A stretch of DNA of 22,628 bases from an uncultured Methanosarcinales archaeon (GCA_964637115.1 CAZWVL010000012.1:1-22628), one strand, 5' to 3'; shown: positions 8,527-16,735, counted from the stretch's first letter. Notes: generated from the letters alone by a model not told the origin. Numbers and translations: made by a program.

Positions 8527-8828
8527 GAAAGAATTGCCACACCTATAATGCCAACAAGCGCACCAACAATTGTTTCTGTCATCGTGTGGTGTTTTCTTTG
8601 GTGGATTGCGTGGTGGATCGTAAAGCATAGGACTACGTATGCAACAATCGCTGGTGCTGAATCGAATCCAGTTTGCAGGGCAATACCGAATGCCGCTGCT
8701 CCTGCAAGTGCTGCGTGTGAGCTTGGCATTCCGCCTACTTTGAAGAAAGCTGAAGCGTCGCGCGACAGTATCATCTTAAGAACTTGGTTTATGACCCACG
8801 TGCCAAATACTGCAACAAACAAGTTCAT
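8517..8828 (-). CDS. Short divergent PAP2 / DUF212 (acid phosphatase/haloperoxidase-related) membrane protein
   Basis: GGMPSSHAA signature and a C-terminal R..H...T..GALVG segment. ATG 8828 preferred over TTG 8837 from the TATA-like TTTATAAC at 8858-8851. Confidence 0.75.
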   Translation of the reverse strand: MNLFVAVFGTWVINQVLKMILSRDASAFFKVGGMPSSHAALAGAAAFGIALQTGFDSAPAIVAYVVLCFTIHHAIHQRKHHTMTETIVGALVGIIGVAILSYW

Positions 8829-8959
8829 GCGGTCCAAAATGCAGTTCTTAGTTATAAACTATTCGTCGACAACCTCTTAGTATACAAAATAGTAACATTT
8901 ATATATCAGTTTACTTTGAATTTACCTCACTGGCGAGTGTTCAAAAGAGGTGTTGTAAT

Positions 8960-9700
8960 ATGGAAGATAAGATTCTTCAAAAAGTTGTCTCAAGTGTCAC
9001 GGAAAACGTGAATGAGATTCGCGCGAGAGAGCAGAAGCTTTCTCAGTTTAGGCAGATTCTTCCTGCTTTGTTGGAAAAGGGTTTGGAAAATATTAACTTG
9101 TCAATGTTTGATGAGCAGACAAGAATGTCCTTGCTCAACGCATTTGGCGACGAGTACGTTAGAAAGGGTCGCCTGCCGGAAGCGATGAAGGCATTTATTC
9201 TTGCTGGAAACAGGCAGAAGCTCACAGAATTGGGCGAAGATTATGAAAAGGTTGGTTTGTTCAGCAATGCCATCGAATGTTATCGTTTGGCGGACAATAC
9301 CGAAAGACTTTTGAAATGCGGAAATCGTTGTCTTGAAGAGGGAAAAACTGGTGATGCAATCCGTGCCTTTCTTTCTATTAAGGATGTGGAACGACTTACC
9401 CGCGTTGGAGAAGATTGTTTGAGAAAGGAAAAGTATGATCACGCAATTGAAGTGTTCAGCGCTGTTAACAACAAGCAGAAGCTTGCTGAAGTTGGCGATA
9501 AGGCATTGAGAGAGCGTCAGCTTGGTTATGCTGCAAAGGCTTACGAGATGGCAGGAGATCAGCAAAGACTGTCAACATTGGGCGATACTTGTTTGCGCGA
9601 GGGCTTACTTGCAACTGCTTACAAGTCTTACACGCTTGCAGGTAATGCAATGATGGCGCAGTTTGTCAAGGAAAACTTTGGTAGTCAATTCACACTATGA
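8960..9700 (+). CDS. Alpha-solenoid (TPR-like) repeat protein, six 29-aa repeats
   Basis: Gly at aa 63, 92, 121, 150, 179, 208 (exact 29-aa period), consensus G.. (C/Y/A)l..g....A...(F/Y).... ....L. SD GAGGTG upstream. Confidence 0.85.
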   Translation: MEDKILQKVVSSVTENVNEIRAREQKLSQFRQILPALLEKGLENINLSMFDEQTRMSLLNAFGDEYVRKGRLPEAMKAFILAGNRQKLTELGEDYEKVGLFSNAIECYRLADNTERLLKCGNRCLEEGKTGDAIRAFLSIKDVERLTRVGEDCLRKEKYDHAIEVFSAVNNKQKLAEVGDKALRERQLGYAAKAYEMAGDQQRLSTLGDTCLREGLLATAYKSYTLAGNAMMAQFVKENFGSQFTL

Positions 9701-9942
9701 GCATGAAATGTGATAAGCATAGGAAGGACCACGTCGGTGGTTGTATGTGGTGCGGCAGGCGTTTATGCGAATATTGTATTGCAAAGCGCGATGGCGTCAA
9801 GTTTTACTGCGATAAGTGTTCAATAAACTTGGGCGGCATTCGTCGTGAGTCTCTGCCTCAAATTAGCATAGAGCCGCGTGCACCAGTAACAGGCAAACGA
9901 TTTGTTCTGAAAAACGGATACTTAGAGATGGAAGGTGAGTGA
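9697..9942 (+). CDS. B-box-type zinc-finger protein
   Basis: C-x2-H-x7-C-x2-C-x4-C-x2-C ... C-x2-C (CDKH...CMWC...CEYC...CDKC). ATGA overlap with the upstream gene. Confidence 0.75.
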   Translation: MSMKCDKHRKDHVGGCMWCGRRLCEYCIAKRDGVKFYCDKCSINLGGIRRESLPQISIEPRAPVTGKRFVLKNGYLEMEGE

Positions 9943-9944
9943 AT

Positions 9945-10385
9945 ATGGACGTTTTCAAGTTGCAGCGTGTGAATAGCTTGGCAGCTGAACTACGCAAGCA
10001 CAATTTTGCGAATTCCAGTGATGATGCAATGCAGCAGGCAGAGCAGGTGTATATGGAAAAAGAGCCTCAGGTTGTTTCTGATGTTCCCCAGGTTGTTGTC
10101 CAAAAAGCAGATCTGTTGGCAGAAAGACGTTTTGAACTCATACTCGAGCAGAATAATAAAAAGTATGAGCAGGAATTGGGTTTGTTGCGTTCTGCCGTGA
10201 ATTCTCTGGCTCAGCAGCTTGAAAGTTTGAAATTGGAATTGTTTAAGCTTCACGAGTCTCCAAAACCAAAAGAAGTTCAGGCGCCTTTGAAGACTGAGCC
10301 GAAGGAAGACCATCCTCGTCAGGGCAAGTTCTGTTCAGCAGATGTAGACATTCAGAAGATGTTTTACTTCGGTGCTAAGCGTTAG
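9945..10385 (+). CDS. Hypothetical coiled-coil protein with aromatic C-terminal tail
   Basis: Heptad-like segment LILEQNNKKYEQELGLLRSAVNSLAQQLESLKLEL; tail HPRQG...DVDIQKMFYFGAKR. SD GGTGA favours ATG 9945 over GTG 9939. Confidence 0.8.
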   Translation: MDVFKLQRVNSLAAELRKHNFANSSDDAMQQAEQVYMEKEPQVVSDVPQVVVQKADLLAERRFELILEQNNKKYEQELGLLRSAVNSLAQQLESLKLELFKLHESPKPKEVQAPLKTEPKEDHPRQGKFCSADVDIQKMFYFGAKR

Positions 10386-11227
10386 AAGTAAAGCACCGCA
10401 ACTGTTAGCATTCCCCATATGATCATGGAAATAATTATTCGTGTGTCCATGAACACGTATTCTGGGTGTCTTGCTATTTTGCTTCCTGAACTGATTAGTC
10501 CGTCGTATCTGAAGATGGCGTAAAGTGCTACTGGCAACGTAATGTACAATAAATGGTGTTGTCCGAAGAACACGAACAGCGTGTATGATAAGACAAGCGA
10601 TGTTGTTGCAACAGCGCTCAGGCGTGCTACGATTTCTAGTGAATATGCGTTTAGTGTTTTTCTGTGCAGTGCTGCCTTGTCTTTTAGCAGTGCTATTTCG
10701 CTTCTTCTTTTTCCCAGAAGCAGGAATAATGCCATGAAGAAAACTCCTAAAATCAGCCATGGGCTGATCGGTACTGTGATTGCGAATGCTCCTGCAACGG
10801 CTCTTATGACGAAGTTTGTTGCGATTGCGAGGATGTCTGCGAATGCTTCGTGTTTGAGCCAGACAGTGTATAATTGTGATAAGACAAAGTACATTAATGC
10901 CATGTAGAGGAATGTTGTTGGCAGTAAAAGTGCAAGTCCGAATCCGATTACGCTCAGGAGTAATGCAATTGATAATGCGGCAGGAATGCTCACTGCTCCG
11001 GATGCGATTGGCCTGTTCCATTTTTCCGGGTTTAATCTGTCCTTGTGCCTGTCCGCGTAATCATTGATTATGTAAGTGGCGGATGAAAGTGCGCAGAAGC
11101 TTGCAAAAGCGATTGCTGCCTGTTCAATTGCGGCAAGGTCATATAATCTTCGTGCAAAGACGACTGCCAGGAACACTAGAAGATTCTTGTACCATTGCTG
11201 TGGTCTGAGCAGCTTAACATATTTCAT
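10382..11227 (-). CDS. UbiA-family prenyltransferase, decaprenyl-phosphate phosphoribosyltransferase-like
   Basis: LLRPQQWYKNLLVF, YIINDYAD...D...P.K..RPIASG, LKH, IRAVAG, GKRRSE match the DPPR-synthase subfamily. ATG 11227 has TTTATATA about 22 nt upstream. Confidence 0.85.
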   Translation of the reverse strand: MKYVKLLRPQQWYKNLLVFLAVVFARRLYDLAAIEQAAIAFASFCALSSATYIINDYADRHKDRLNPEKWNRPIASGAVSIPAALSIALLLSVIGFGLALLLPTTFLYMALMYFVLSQLYTVWLKHEAFADILAIATNFVIRAVAGAFAITVPISPWLILGVFFMALFLLLGKRRSEIALLKDKAALHRKTLNAYSLEIVARLSAVATTSLVLSYTLFVFFGQHHLLYITLPVALYAIFRYDGLISSGSKIARHPEYVFMDTRIIISMIIWGMLTVAVLYF

Positions 11228-11298
11228 ACTACTTTTTGGTAGTGAACTATATATAAAGATTGTGACTGGCAAAGTATAAAAAGCACATATTATTCCAT

Positions 11299-12408
11299 AT
11301 GTCTATGAGAGGTGTAACCGCAGTAATAGCGCTTTCTTTGATGCTGCTCTCTGGCTGTTCGTTCATAGACTGGGTTGTGGGCGGCGTTGAAGGTATGTTT
11401 TGTCCTTTCTTTGGCGATGAAACCGAGGATCATTGTTATCAGGACGCTGCCGTTCGTCAGGCCGATTCAGATGATTGTGCAAAAATAAAGGCAGAGGGCT
11501 TTACAGAAGCACAGGGTCCTGCTCCGCGTGACAAGTGTTATTTGCGTATTGCAGAGAAAACAGGCGATCCCGAGCCCTGCGATAAGATTGAGGGCGGCGC
11601 GATTAGTTACACAATACAGGAATGTATGTACCTTGCTGCGCTAAAATCAGGAGATGTTTCGATTTGTGAGAAAATTGTTGGATCATCATCGAGTATGTTC
11701 AGAGGTACGTTCAGCAAGGAAACGTGCTTGAAGAACATCACACCAAAAGAACAGCCCGAGGAAGAGGAAGAAGAAACAGAGGAAGAACCTGTAAAGGGTG
11801 AATGCAAGTATGACAGCGACTGCAAGAGTTTGTGTGAAGCTAACATTATGTGGAAACAGGGCTGCAATGCTCGTACAAACAAATGTGAGAAGACTTTTGA
11901 TTACAACTGCGCTGAGCAGTCTGATACTATTCAGGATCATGCCGAGCCGAGGATTTGTTTGAATGGCGCCTGTATTTTTAACAAGAATGCATTCCTTAAC
12001 TATCGTCAGCAACTGAGCACAGAGGCAAAAGGACTCCTGCAGGAGAAGCAGGAGTTGACTGCATTGATGCTTGAAGTTAACAAGAACTGCATCAATGGAA
12101 TTGCTGATGTCACAAATAAACTTATTATTGATACTGCGCAGCTTGCAGCCACGGCGTTAGCACCGGCCGCTGGAATATCAAAAAGGCTGAATGAGTTCAT
12201 TGGAGAGGGTGTTGTGCAGCTTATTGAGGAAATCAAGGCAAGTCCTCCGATGAAAACAAAACCAGAGGATTATATTGCATTGAACTGCAATCTGTATAAG
12301 CAAATTGGTGATGAACTTCCAAAGATTGACGCAGAAATAAAACAGATTCATGATAAAGCGCAGAATCTTGAGGCTGATATTATCTTGAAGAGCTTTGAGC
12401 AGAAGTAA
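11299..12408 (+). CDS. Secreted lipoprotein with Cys-rich repeats and a C-terminal helical hairpin
   Basis: Signal peptide with lipobox LLSG-C20. Three C-x13-C repeats (C46/60, C80/94, C109/123), a poly-Glu linker and 19 Cys in total. Confidence 0.8.
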   Translation: MSMRGVTAVIALSLMLLSGCSFIDWVVGGVEGMFCPFFGDETEDHCYQDAAVRQADSDDCAKIKAEGFTEAQGPAPRDKCYLRIAEKTGDPEPCDKIEGGAISYTIQECMYLAALKSGDVSICEKIVGSSSSMFRGTFSKETCLKNITPKEQPEEEEEETEEEPVKGECKYDSDCKSLCEANIMWKQGCNARTNKCEKTFDYNCAEQSDTIQDHAEPRICLNGACIFNKNAFLNYRQQLSTEAKGLLQEKQELTALMLEVNKNCINGIADVTNKLIIDTAQLAATALAPAAGISKRLNEFIGEGVVQLIEEIKASPPMKTKPEDYIALNCNLYKQIGDELPKIDAEIKQIHDKAQNLEADIILKSFEQK

Positions 12409-12412
12409 TCTT

Positions 12413-14218
12413 CTATACGGCTTCAATATAATGTCTGAAGCGTTCTATTAGGAAAGATGATTTTTTGATAATCTTGTCAAGGCAGTCCTTTCTTACAAAG
12501 AATCTTACTGAGACTGCCTGCTTTCGTGCTTCTTCAAGTAACGCATGTTGCATGTGCGGGTGCATATCTTCAAGAAGTCTGATTGGAGGTCCTTGTTTTC
12601 TGTAAACCCAAGTATCGTCTATTTTCAGTTTGCTGAGCTTTCCTCCGTGTGCGATGAGTATGTCTAATGGTTCCAGGCCTGCATCTTCGCATAATTTTTC
12701 TTCAAGTGTTTTTCTTTCTCGTACTGGAATTTCGAGGAATTTTGCATATTCCTCTTCTGTGATAGCATCAACTTTAATTTCGGATTCTTCAAGTATTTCT
12801 GAGTCTTTCAGGCGCATGCTGGCAAGGCATCTGTACGCATTTTTTACAATTCCATCTCCGCCCAGTTTTTTCAGTTCCTTATTGCCCTGTTGTTCAGCAA
12901 GTATGTTGTGATGGTCATACCATAAATCGTTGAACCTTTGCCATTCTTCGGGCAAGGCGCCGGAATCAATGCCTATTTGTCCAAGAAGGGTGAATAATCT
13001 TTGGCTGAGTCTTGTGTACGGGCTGAAGTAGGTGTTTGCATAAGTTGTGTGGTATAGCAGGATTTGTTTGAATGCGCTTTCTGATGCAAATTGGTCAATT
13101 CCCAGTTTGCCGTTTTCGTAAACGGTATGGCGGAGAAGTAAGTCAATGTTGTCATACCCGCCTTTTCCTGTGGCAATGCCGTCGCGGAGCAAATAAGCCA
13201 GTTTGTCCGTACCAAGCACTTTATCGCTTACAATTGCGTGTAAAGGATTCTTTTTGTCAAAGAACTCGACGAGTTTTTCCAGGTTGATGTCGCATTCTTC
13301 AAGCGCTTTTGCAAAGCTTTCTTCGGAAATTATTTTTTTTGCTGCCTCAGTCTGGTTGAGTTTTGATATTTCTTCCAGTTCGTGGCTGTATGGAGTGTGG
13401 CCGATGTCGTGCAGCAGTGCGTAAGCAAGCACGTGTCGTTTTTCTTCTTCGCTTAAGCGCAGATGTCCTAGCATGTCATGCGCGAATTTGAACGTCAGAA
13501 CAGAGTGTGCATATCTGGTGTGTGTTGCGTCAGGATATTCCCAGAAGAGTGCTCCAAGTTGTTTCACTTCGCGCAGTCTGCGCATTAGTGGATGGTCGAT
13601 TATTGCTTTGAATCTGGTAAGGTCTACCGTATAATTGGGAGTTATTGTTTCAAAGTGTTCTTCCGTGCCTGGTGGGAGTAATTTTCTGCCGATGATGGGG
13701 TCTTCATGCACATACCATCCTTTGACTTTGTTGTCGATGTGAGTGGCTATTTGTTCCAAGGTTTGTTCCCTTTTGCCGTAAAAAATTTTATGACAGCTTT
13801 TTGCAACCATTAGGTTTCTGTCGTAGTACGGGTCTATGAAATAGCCGTTTTCGTCTACAAACAAGTCTCCTTTTTTTGTTGCAGGGCCGTATTTGGTCAG
13901 CGGGTCTTCTTTTTTGTCTTTATATCCGAGAATTACTGCTCCAAGGCCCATGCCTAGTTCTACAGATGTGCCATCATCGGTGCATTTGCCCCGGAAATCG
14001 TTGATGTCTGCTACGATAACGTGGCAGCTTCTCGCGTCTTCTTTGCAGGCATTGTAGATTTTTTCAGGATCTCCTAGAATACTGTGTCGTGCTGGATGTA
14101 GAACTTGGAATTCGTGTTTTCTGCCCCATTCTTCTGCAAATGCGCGGTCGTCTATGTTTGTGTTAAAGACTTCAGGTCCTGCAAAATAGACGATTGGCTC
14201 TTCAATAATGCGGAGCAT
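12413..14218 (-). CDS. Fusion: nucleoside 2-deoxyribosyltransferase-like domain + SAMHD1-like HD phosphohydrolase (dNTP triphosphohydrolase family)
   Basis: N-terminal VYFAGP...DDGTSVELG...NLMV (NDT/RCL/MilB motifs). C-terminal RRLREVKQLG, HTRYAHS, LLHDIGHTPYSH, DKLAYLLRD. Confidence 0.85.
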   Translation of the reverse strand: MLRIIEEPIVYFAGPEVFNTNIDDRAFAEEWGRKHEFQVLHPARHSILGDPEKIYNACKEDARSCHVIVADINDFRGKCTDDGTSVELGMGLGAVILGYKDKKEDPLTKYGPATKKGDLFVDENGYFIDPYYDRNLMVAKSCHKIFYGKREQTLEQIATHIDNKVKGWYVHEDPIIGRKLLPPGTEEHFETITPNYTVDLTRFKAIIDHPLMRRLREVKQLGALFWEYPDATHTRYAHSVLTFKFAHDMLGHLRLSEEEKRHVLAYALLHDIGHTPYSHELEEISKLNQTEAAKKIISEESFAKALEECDINLEKLVEFFDKKNPLHAIVSDKVLGTDKLAYLLRDGIATGKGGYDNIDLLLRHTVYENGKLGIDQFASESAFKQILLYHTTYANTYFSPYTRLSQRLFTLLGQIGIDSGALPEEWQRFNDLWYDHHNILAEQQGNKELKKLGGDGIVKNAYRCLASMRLKDSEILEESEIKVDAITEEEYAKFLEIPVRERKTLEEKLCEDAGLEPLDILIAHGGKLSKLKIDDTWVYRKQGPPIRLLEDMHPHMQHALLEEARKQAVSVRFFVRKDCLDKIIKKSSFLIERFRHYIEAV

Positions 14219-14220
14219 CT

Positions 14221-14967
14221 TCAGTCGTTTTCGACTCGTGGTGCTAGAATGAAGCTCAAAAGCAGTTTGTCAACAATTTTGTATTCGAGCTTCAGTGGAT
14301 AGTCTTGGTTGAAGAATATCGAGACCTCATTTGCCAGTTTGCCTGCATTCATCATTTTTTTCAAATATTCTATTGAATATTTTGCCTTGATTTTTGCAGG
14401 GCTTTCGCTCTTGATTTTCGTATCTTCACTATTTTTAATTTCAATATGCGCCTTGCTTAAGTCTCCTTCTGCTGAGATTGTGAACTTTTCAGGCTCTACT
14501 GCAAGGGTTACGCTTTCTGCAACAATATCCGCATCTGATATGGCATCGTTCAGCACAGTGCTTGTTGTGCTGATTATTATTGGAAAAGTCAGGTTTGGCA
14601 CTCTTTGTTCTTTTTCTTCAAGTTCTATTAATGGCAGGCTGAACGTTCTTGTCGTGCCGCCTTTTAGCTGTATTTGCAGCTTGTTTTCTCCTGTGAGTTC
14701 AAGTGTGAGGATGTCGCTTGCTCCCACTCTGCGCAGGATTTGCTTGAAGTTTGCCAGATTAACTGCTATTTCCTGTTCTTTTTCCACGTCATATTCAGTG
14801 AAACTGCTCGAAAGAAGTTTGAAAATGACCATTGCGACATTTGCGGGGTCCATGGCTATTAATTCAAGGCCGTCTCTTGTTATCTTGAAGCGTGCTTCGT
14901 TGACTAGGTCTGAGATGACTGAAATGCTGTCTTTTAGTAATGTTGGATCCGCTAATACAAGCCTCAT
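14221..14967 (-). CDS. pcn: DNA polymerase sliding clamp (PCNA)
   Basis: 248 aa; AMDPANVAMV, YSIEYL, YPLKLEY, FILAPRVEND C-terminus; SD-like AGGGGGT. Confidence 0.97.
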   Translation of the reverse strand: MRLVLADPTLLKDSISVISDLVNEARFKITRDGLELIAMDPANVAMVIFKLLSSSFTEYDVEKEQEIAVNLANFKQILRRVGASDILTLELTGENKLQIQLKGGTTRTFSLPLIELEEKEQRVPNLTFPIIISTTSTVLNDAISDADIVAESVTLAVEPEKFTISAEGDLSKAHIEIKNSEDTKIKSESPAKIKAKYSIEYLKKMMNAGKLANEVSIFFNQDYPLKLEYKIVDKLLLSFILAPRVEND

Positions 14968-15049
14968 TTTATACCCCCCTGATAAAAATTCGAGTGCTCG
15001 ATATTTAAATGCTTTATTGTGATGGAGTAGTTACAACCGTGGGGGTTGA

Positions 15050-15074
15050 AGGGGGACGGCGGTTGAGTCCCCCT
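15050..15074. other. GC-rich stem-loop between rnj and pcn (terminator, processing site or small repeat)
   Basis: AGGGGGAC (15050-15057) and GTCCCCCT (15067-15074) form an 8-bp stem with a 9-nt loop. Confidence 0.45.
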
Positions 15075-15092
15075 GAATATGGTTGCGTTAGC

Positions 15093-16433
15093 CTAAAGTT
15101 TAATCCTCTGCCCGTTCGTTAATGGATAAAGGTTCTTGTTCAGTTTATAGCCCATTTCTGTTGCTAAAGAATTGAATGCGTTCATCATGCTCGGATCTCC
15201 GTGTGTTGGCAGGATGTTTTTTGGTTTGACCATGTTTATCATGTCTCTTAGGTCTTCTCGTGAGCTGTGTCCTGAGACATGGATGTCGTTAAACATTCGT
15301 ACTCCAAGTTTTTTGAGCTTGTCATCCATTATTGCGCGTTGTCTTACATTAATTTCTGCTGGAATGATGTGTGAGCTGAAAATCATGTGGTCGTCCGGCG
15401 AGAATTTCCAGTTGTATACGCCGTCTATCATTTTGCTCAGGGCGCTTTGTGGTTCTCCTTGGTGTCCTGAGACGACAAGCAAATATTTGTCTTTTCCTTT
15501 TGCTTGGATTTCTGCGAGTTTTCTGCGTATTTGCCTTGAATATTTCAAAATTTCCGCGTGTTTGAATAAATCAATGACATCAGCATCTTTTGCCGCATAA
15601 CAGTATTTTGCCGTGCTTCTGCCCATGAAGACTACTTTTCTGCCGAGCATTTTGCCGAATTCTGCTATCGATTTTAATCTGGCAATGTGGCTGGCAAATG
15701 TTGTTACAATGATGCCTTTTCCTTTGCTGTCCACGTCCAGCAGGACTTCTTTGAGCATTTCTTTGGCGACTTGTTCGCTTGGTGTTTTTCTGTATTCAGC
15801 CGCATACAAACAGTCTTGTATTAATGCCAGCACTCCTTTTTCTCCCAAATTTTTCAAGTGGTCAAAGTTTGCAGGGCTTCCCAGTGTTGGGTGCAAATCT
15901 AGTTTGTAGTCATTGCCGTACATTATGATGCCGTGTGGTGTATGTAATGTTGCAATGATTGTTTGCGGCGTGCTGTGCGTGATGTGGCAGAATTCGAGTT
16001 TGATATTTTTTGACAACGGCATTGTTTGTCCTGGCTTTAATGCAATTATCTTGTTTGGCATGTCTATTTTTTCGTCTCGGCAGATTGTTCTCAGTAATGC
16101 TGCAGTAAATGGGGTACAAATTATTGGTACGTCATATTTTGATGCCATGTATGGTGCTGCGCCCATGTGGTCTAAGTGTGCGTGCGTTAGCACAATTGCC
16201 AGAACATTTGGCCGCCAATCTTTTATTAAGCTGTCTTGGGGAATTGCGTCTGCCCGTTTCAGGCTTGCTTCAGTGAGGCTTCTGAACTCTCCCATTTCTT
16301 CTTCAGTTAGTGCGATATAGTTGGGCAAGTGCAGGCCCATGTCAAAGAGAACTACTTCGTTGTCTACTTTGACTGCCGTCATATTTCTGCCGACTTCTCC
16401 CCATCCGCCTACTGCTGCTATTTCTACGCTCAT
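15093..16433 (-). CDS. rnj: Ribonuclease J (archaeal, beta-CASP metallo-beta-lactamase)
   Basis: GGWGEVGRNMT, DMG, THAHLDHMG, HS, DYK, GHQGEP, HVSGH, PTHG. Confidence 0.95.
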   Translation of the reverse strand: MSVEIAAVGGWGEVGRNMTAVKVDNEVVLFDMGLHLPNYIALTEEEMGEFRSLTEASLKRADAIPQDSLIKDWRPNVLAIVLTHAHLDHMGAAPYMASKYDVPIICTPFTAALLRTICRDEKIDMPNKIIALKPGQTMPLSKNIKLEFCHITHSTPQTIIATLHTPHGIIMYGNDYKLDLHPTLGSPANFDHLKNLGEKGVLALIQDCLYAAEYRKTPSEQVAKEMLKEVLLDVDSKGKGIIVTTFASHIARLKSIAEFGKMLGRKVVFMGRSTAKYCYAAKDADVIDLFKHAEILKYSRQIRRKLAEIQAKGKDKYLLVVSGHQGEPQSALSKMIDGVYNWKFSPDDHMIFSSHIIPAEINVRQRAIMDDKLKKLGVRMFNDIHVSGHSSREDLRDMINMVKPKNILPTHGDPSMMNAFNSLATEMGYKLNKNLYPLTNGQRIKL

Positions 16434-16552
16434 GCCGGTGTGCTATTGCGTTGTCGTTATAAAGTTTACCTCCCTATGATTTCCATTCGAAGTAGGAGAA
16501 AACGTACTGTACATGCCAAAGATTTAATGGTCGTTTTTTCTGATATAAATGC

Positions 16553-16663
16553 ATGCAAAAGCATATTTCGATATGGTCATTGTTGATAGTGGCATTGTTG
16601 GCACTGATTGTTCTGGCAGTTACTGGTCTGAATGCTACAGCATCATGTTCATTTCTCGGATAA
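16553..16663 (+). CDS. Candidate 36-aa single-TM small protein
   Basis: Below the track cutoff. MQKHISIWSLLIVALLALIVLAVTGLNATASCSFLG*, with TATA-like TTTAAT about 25 nt upstream. Confidence 0.45.
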   Translation: MQKHISIWSLLIVALLALIVLAVTGLNATASCSFLG

Positions 16664-16700
16664 CATTTAAAAACGAGTGCTAAAACATGTTCTATAATTC

Positions 16701-16735
16701 GCGGGCAGAGCCGAAAGGTTTTTCGGCTGGTCCGC
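16701..16735 (+). repeat. Stem-loop upstream of tRNA-Leu
   Basis: GCGGGC/GTCCGC outer stem (one G-U) and AGCCGAAA/TTTCGGCT inner 8-bp stem with a GGTT loop. Confidence 0.6.

Noticed and set aside
11752-11787. GAA/GAG-rich simple repeat
   Set aside because: Encodes the poly-Glu linker of the lipoprotein; not an independent repeat element.
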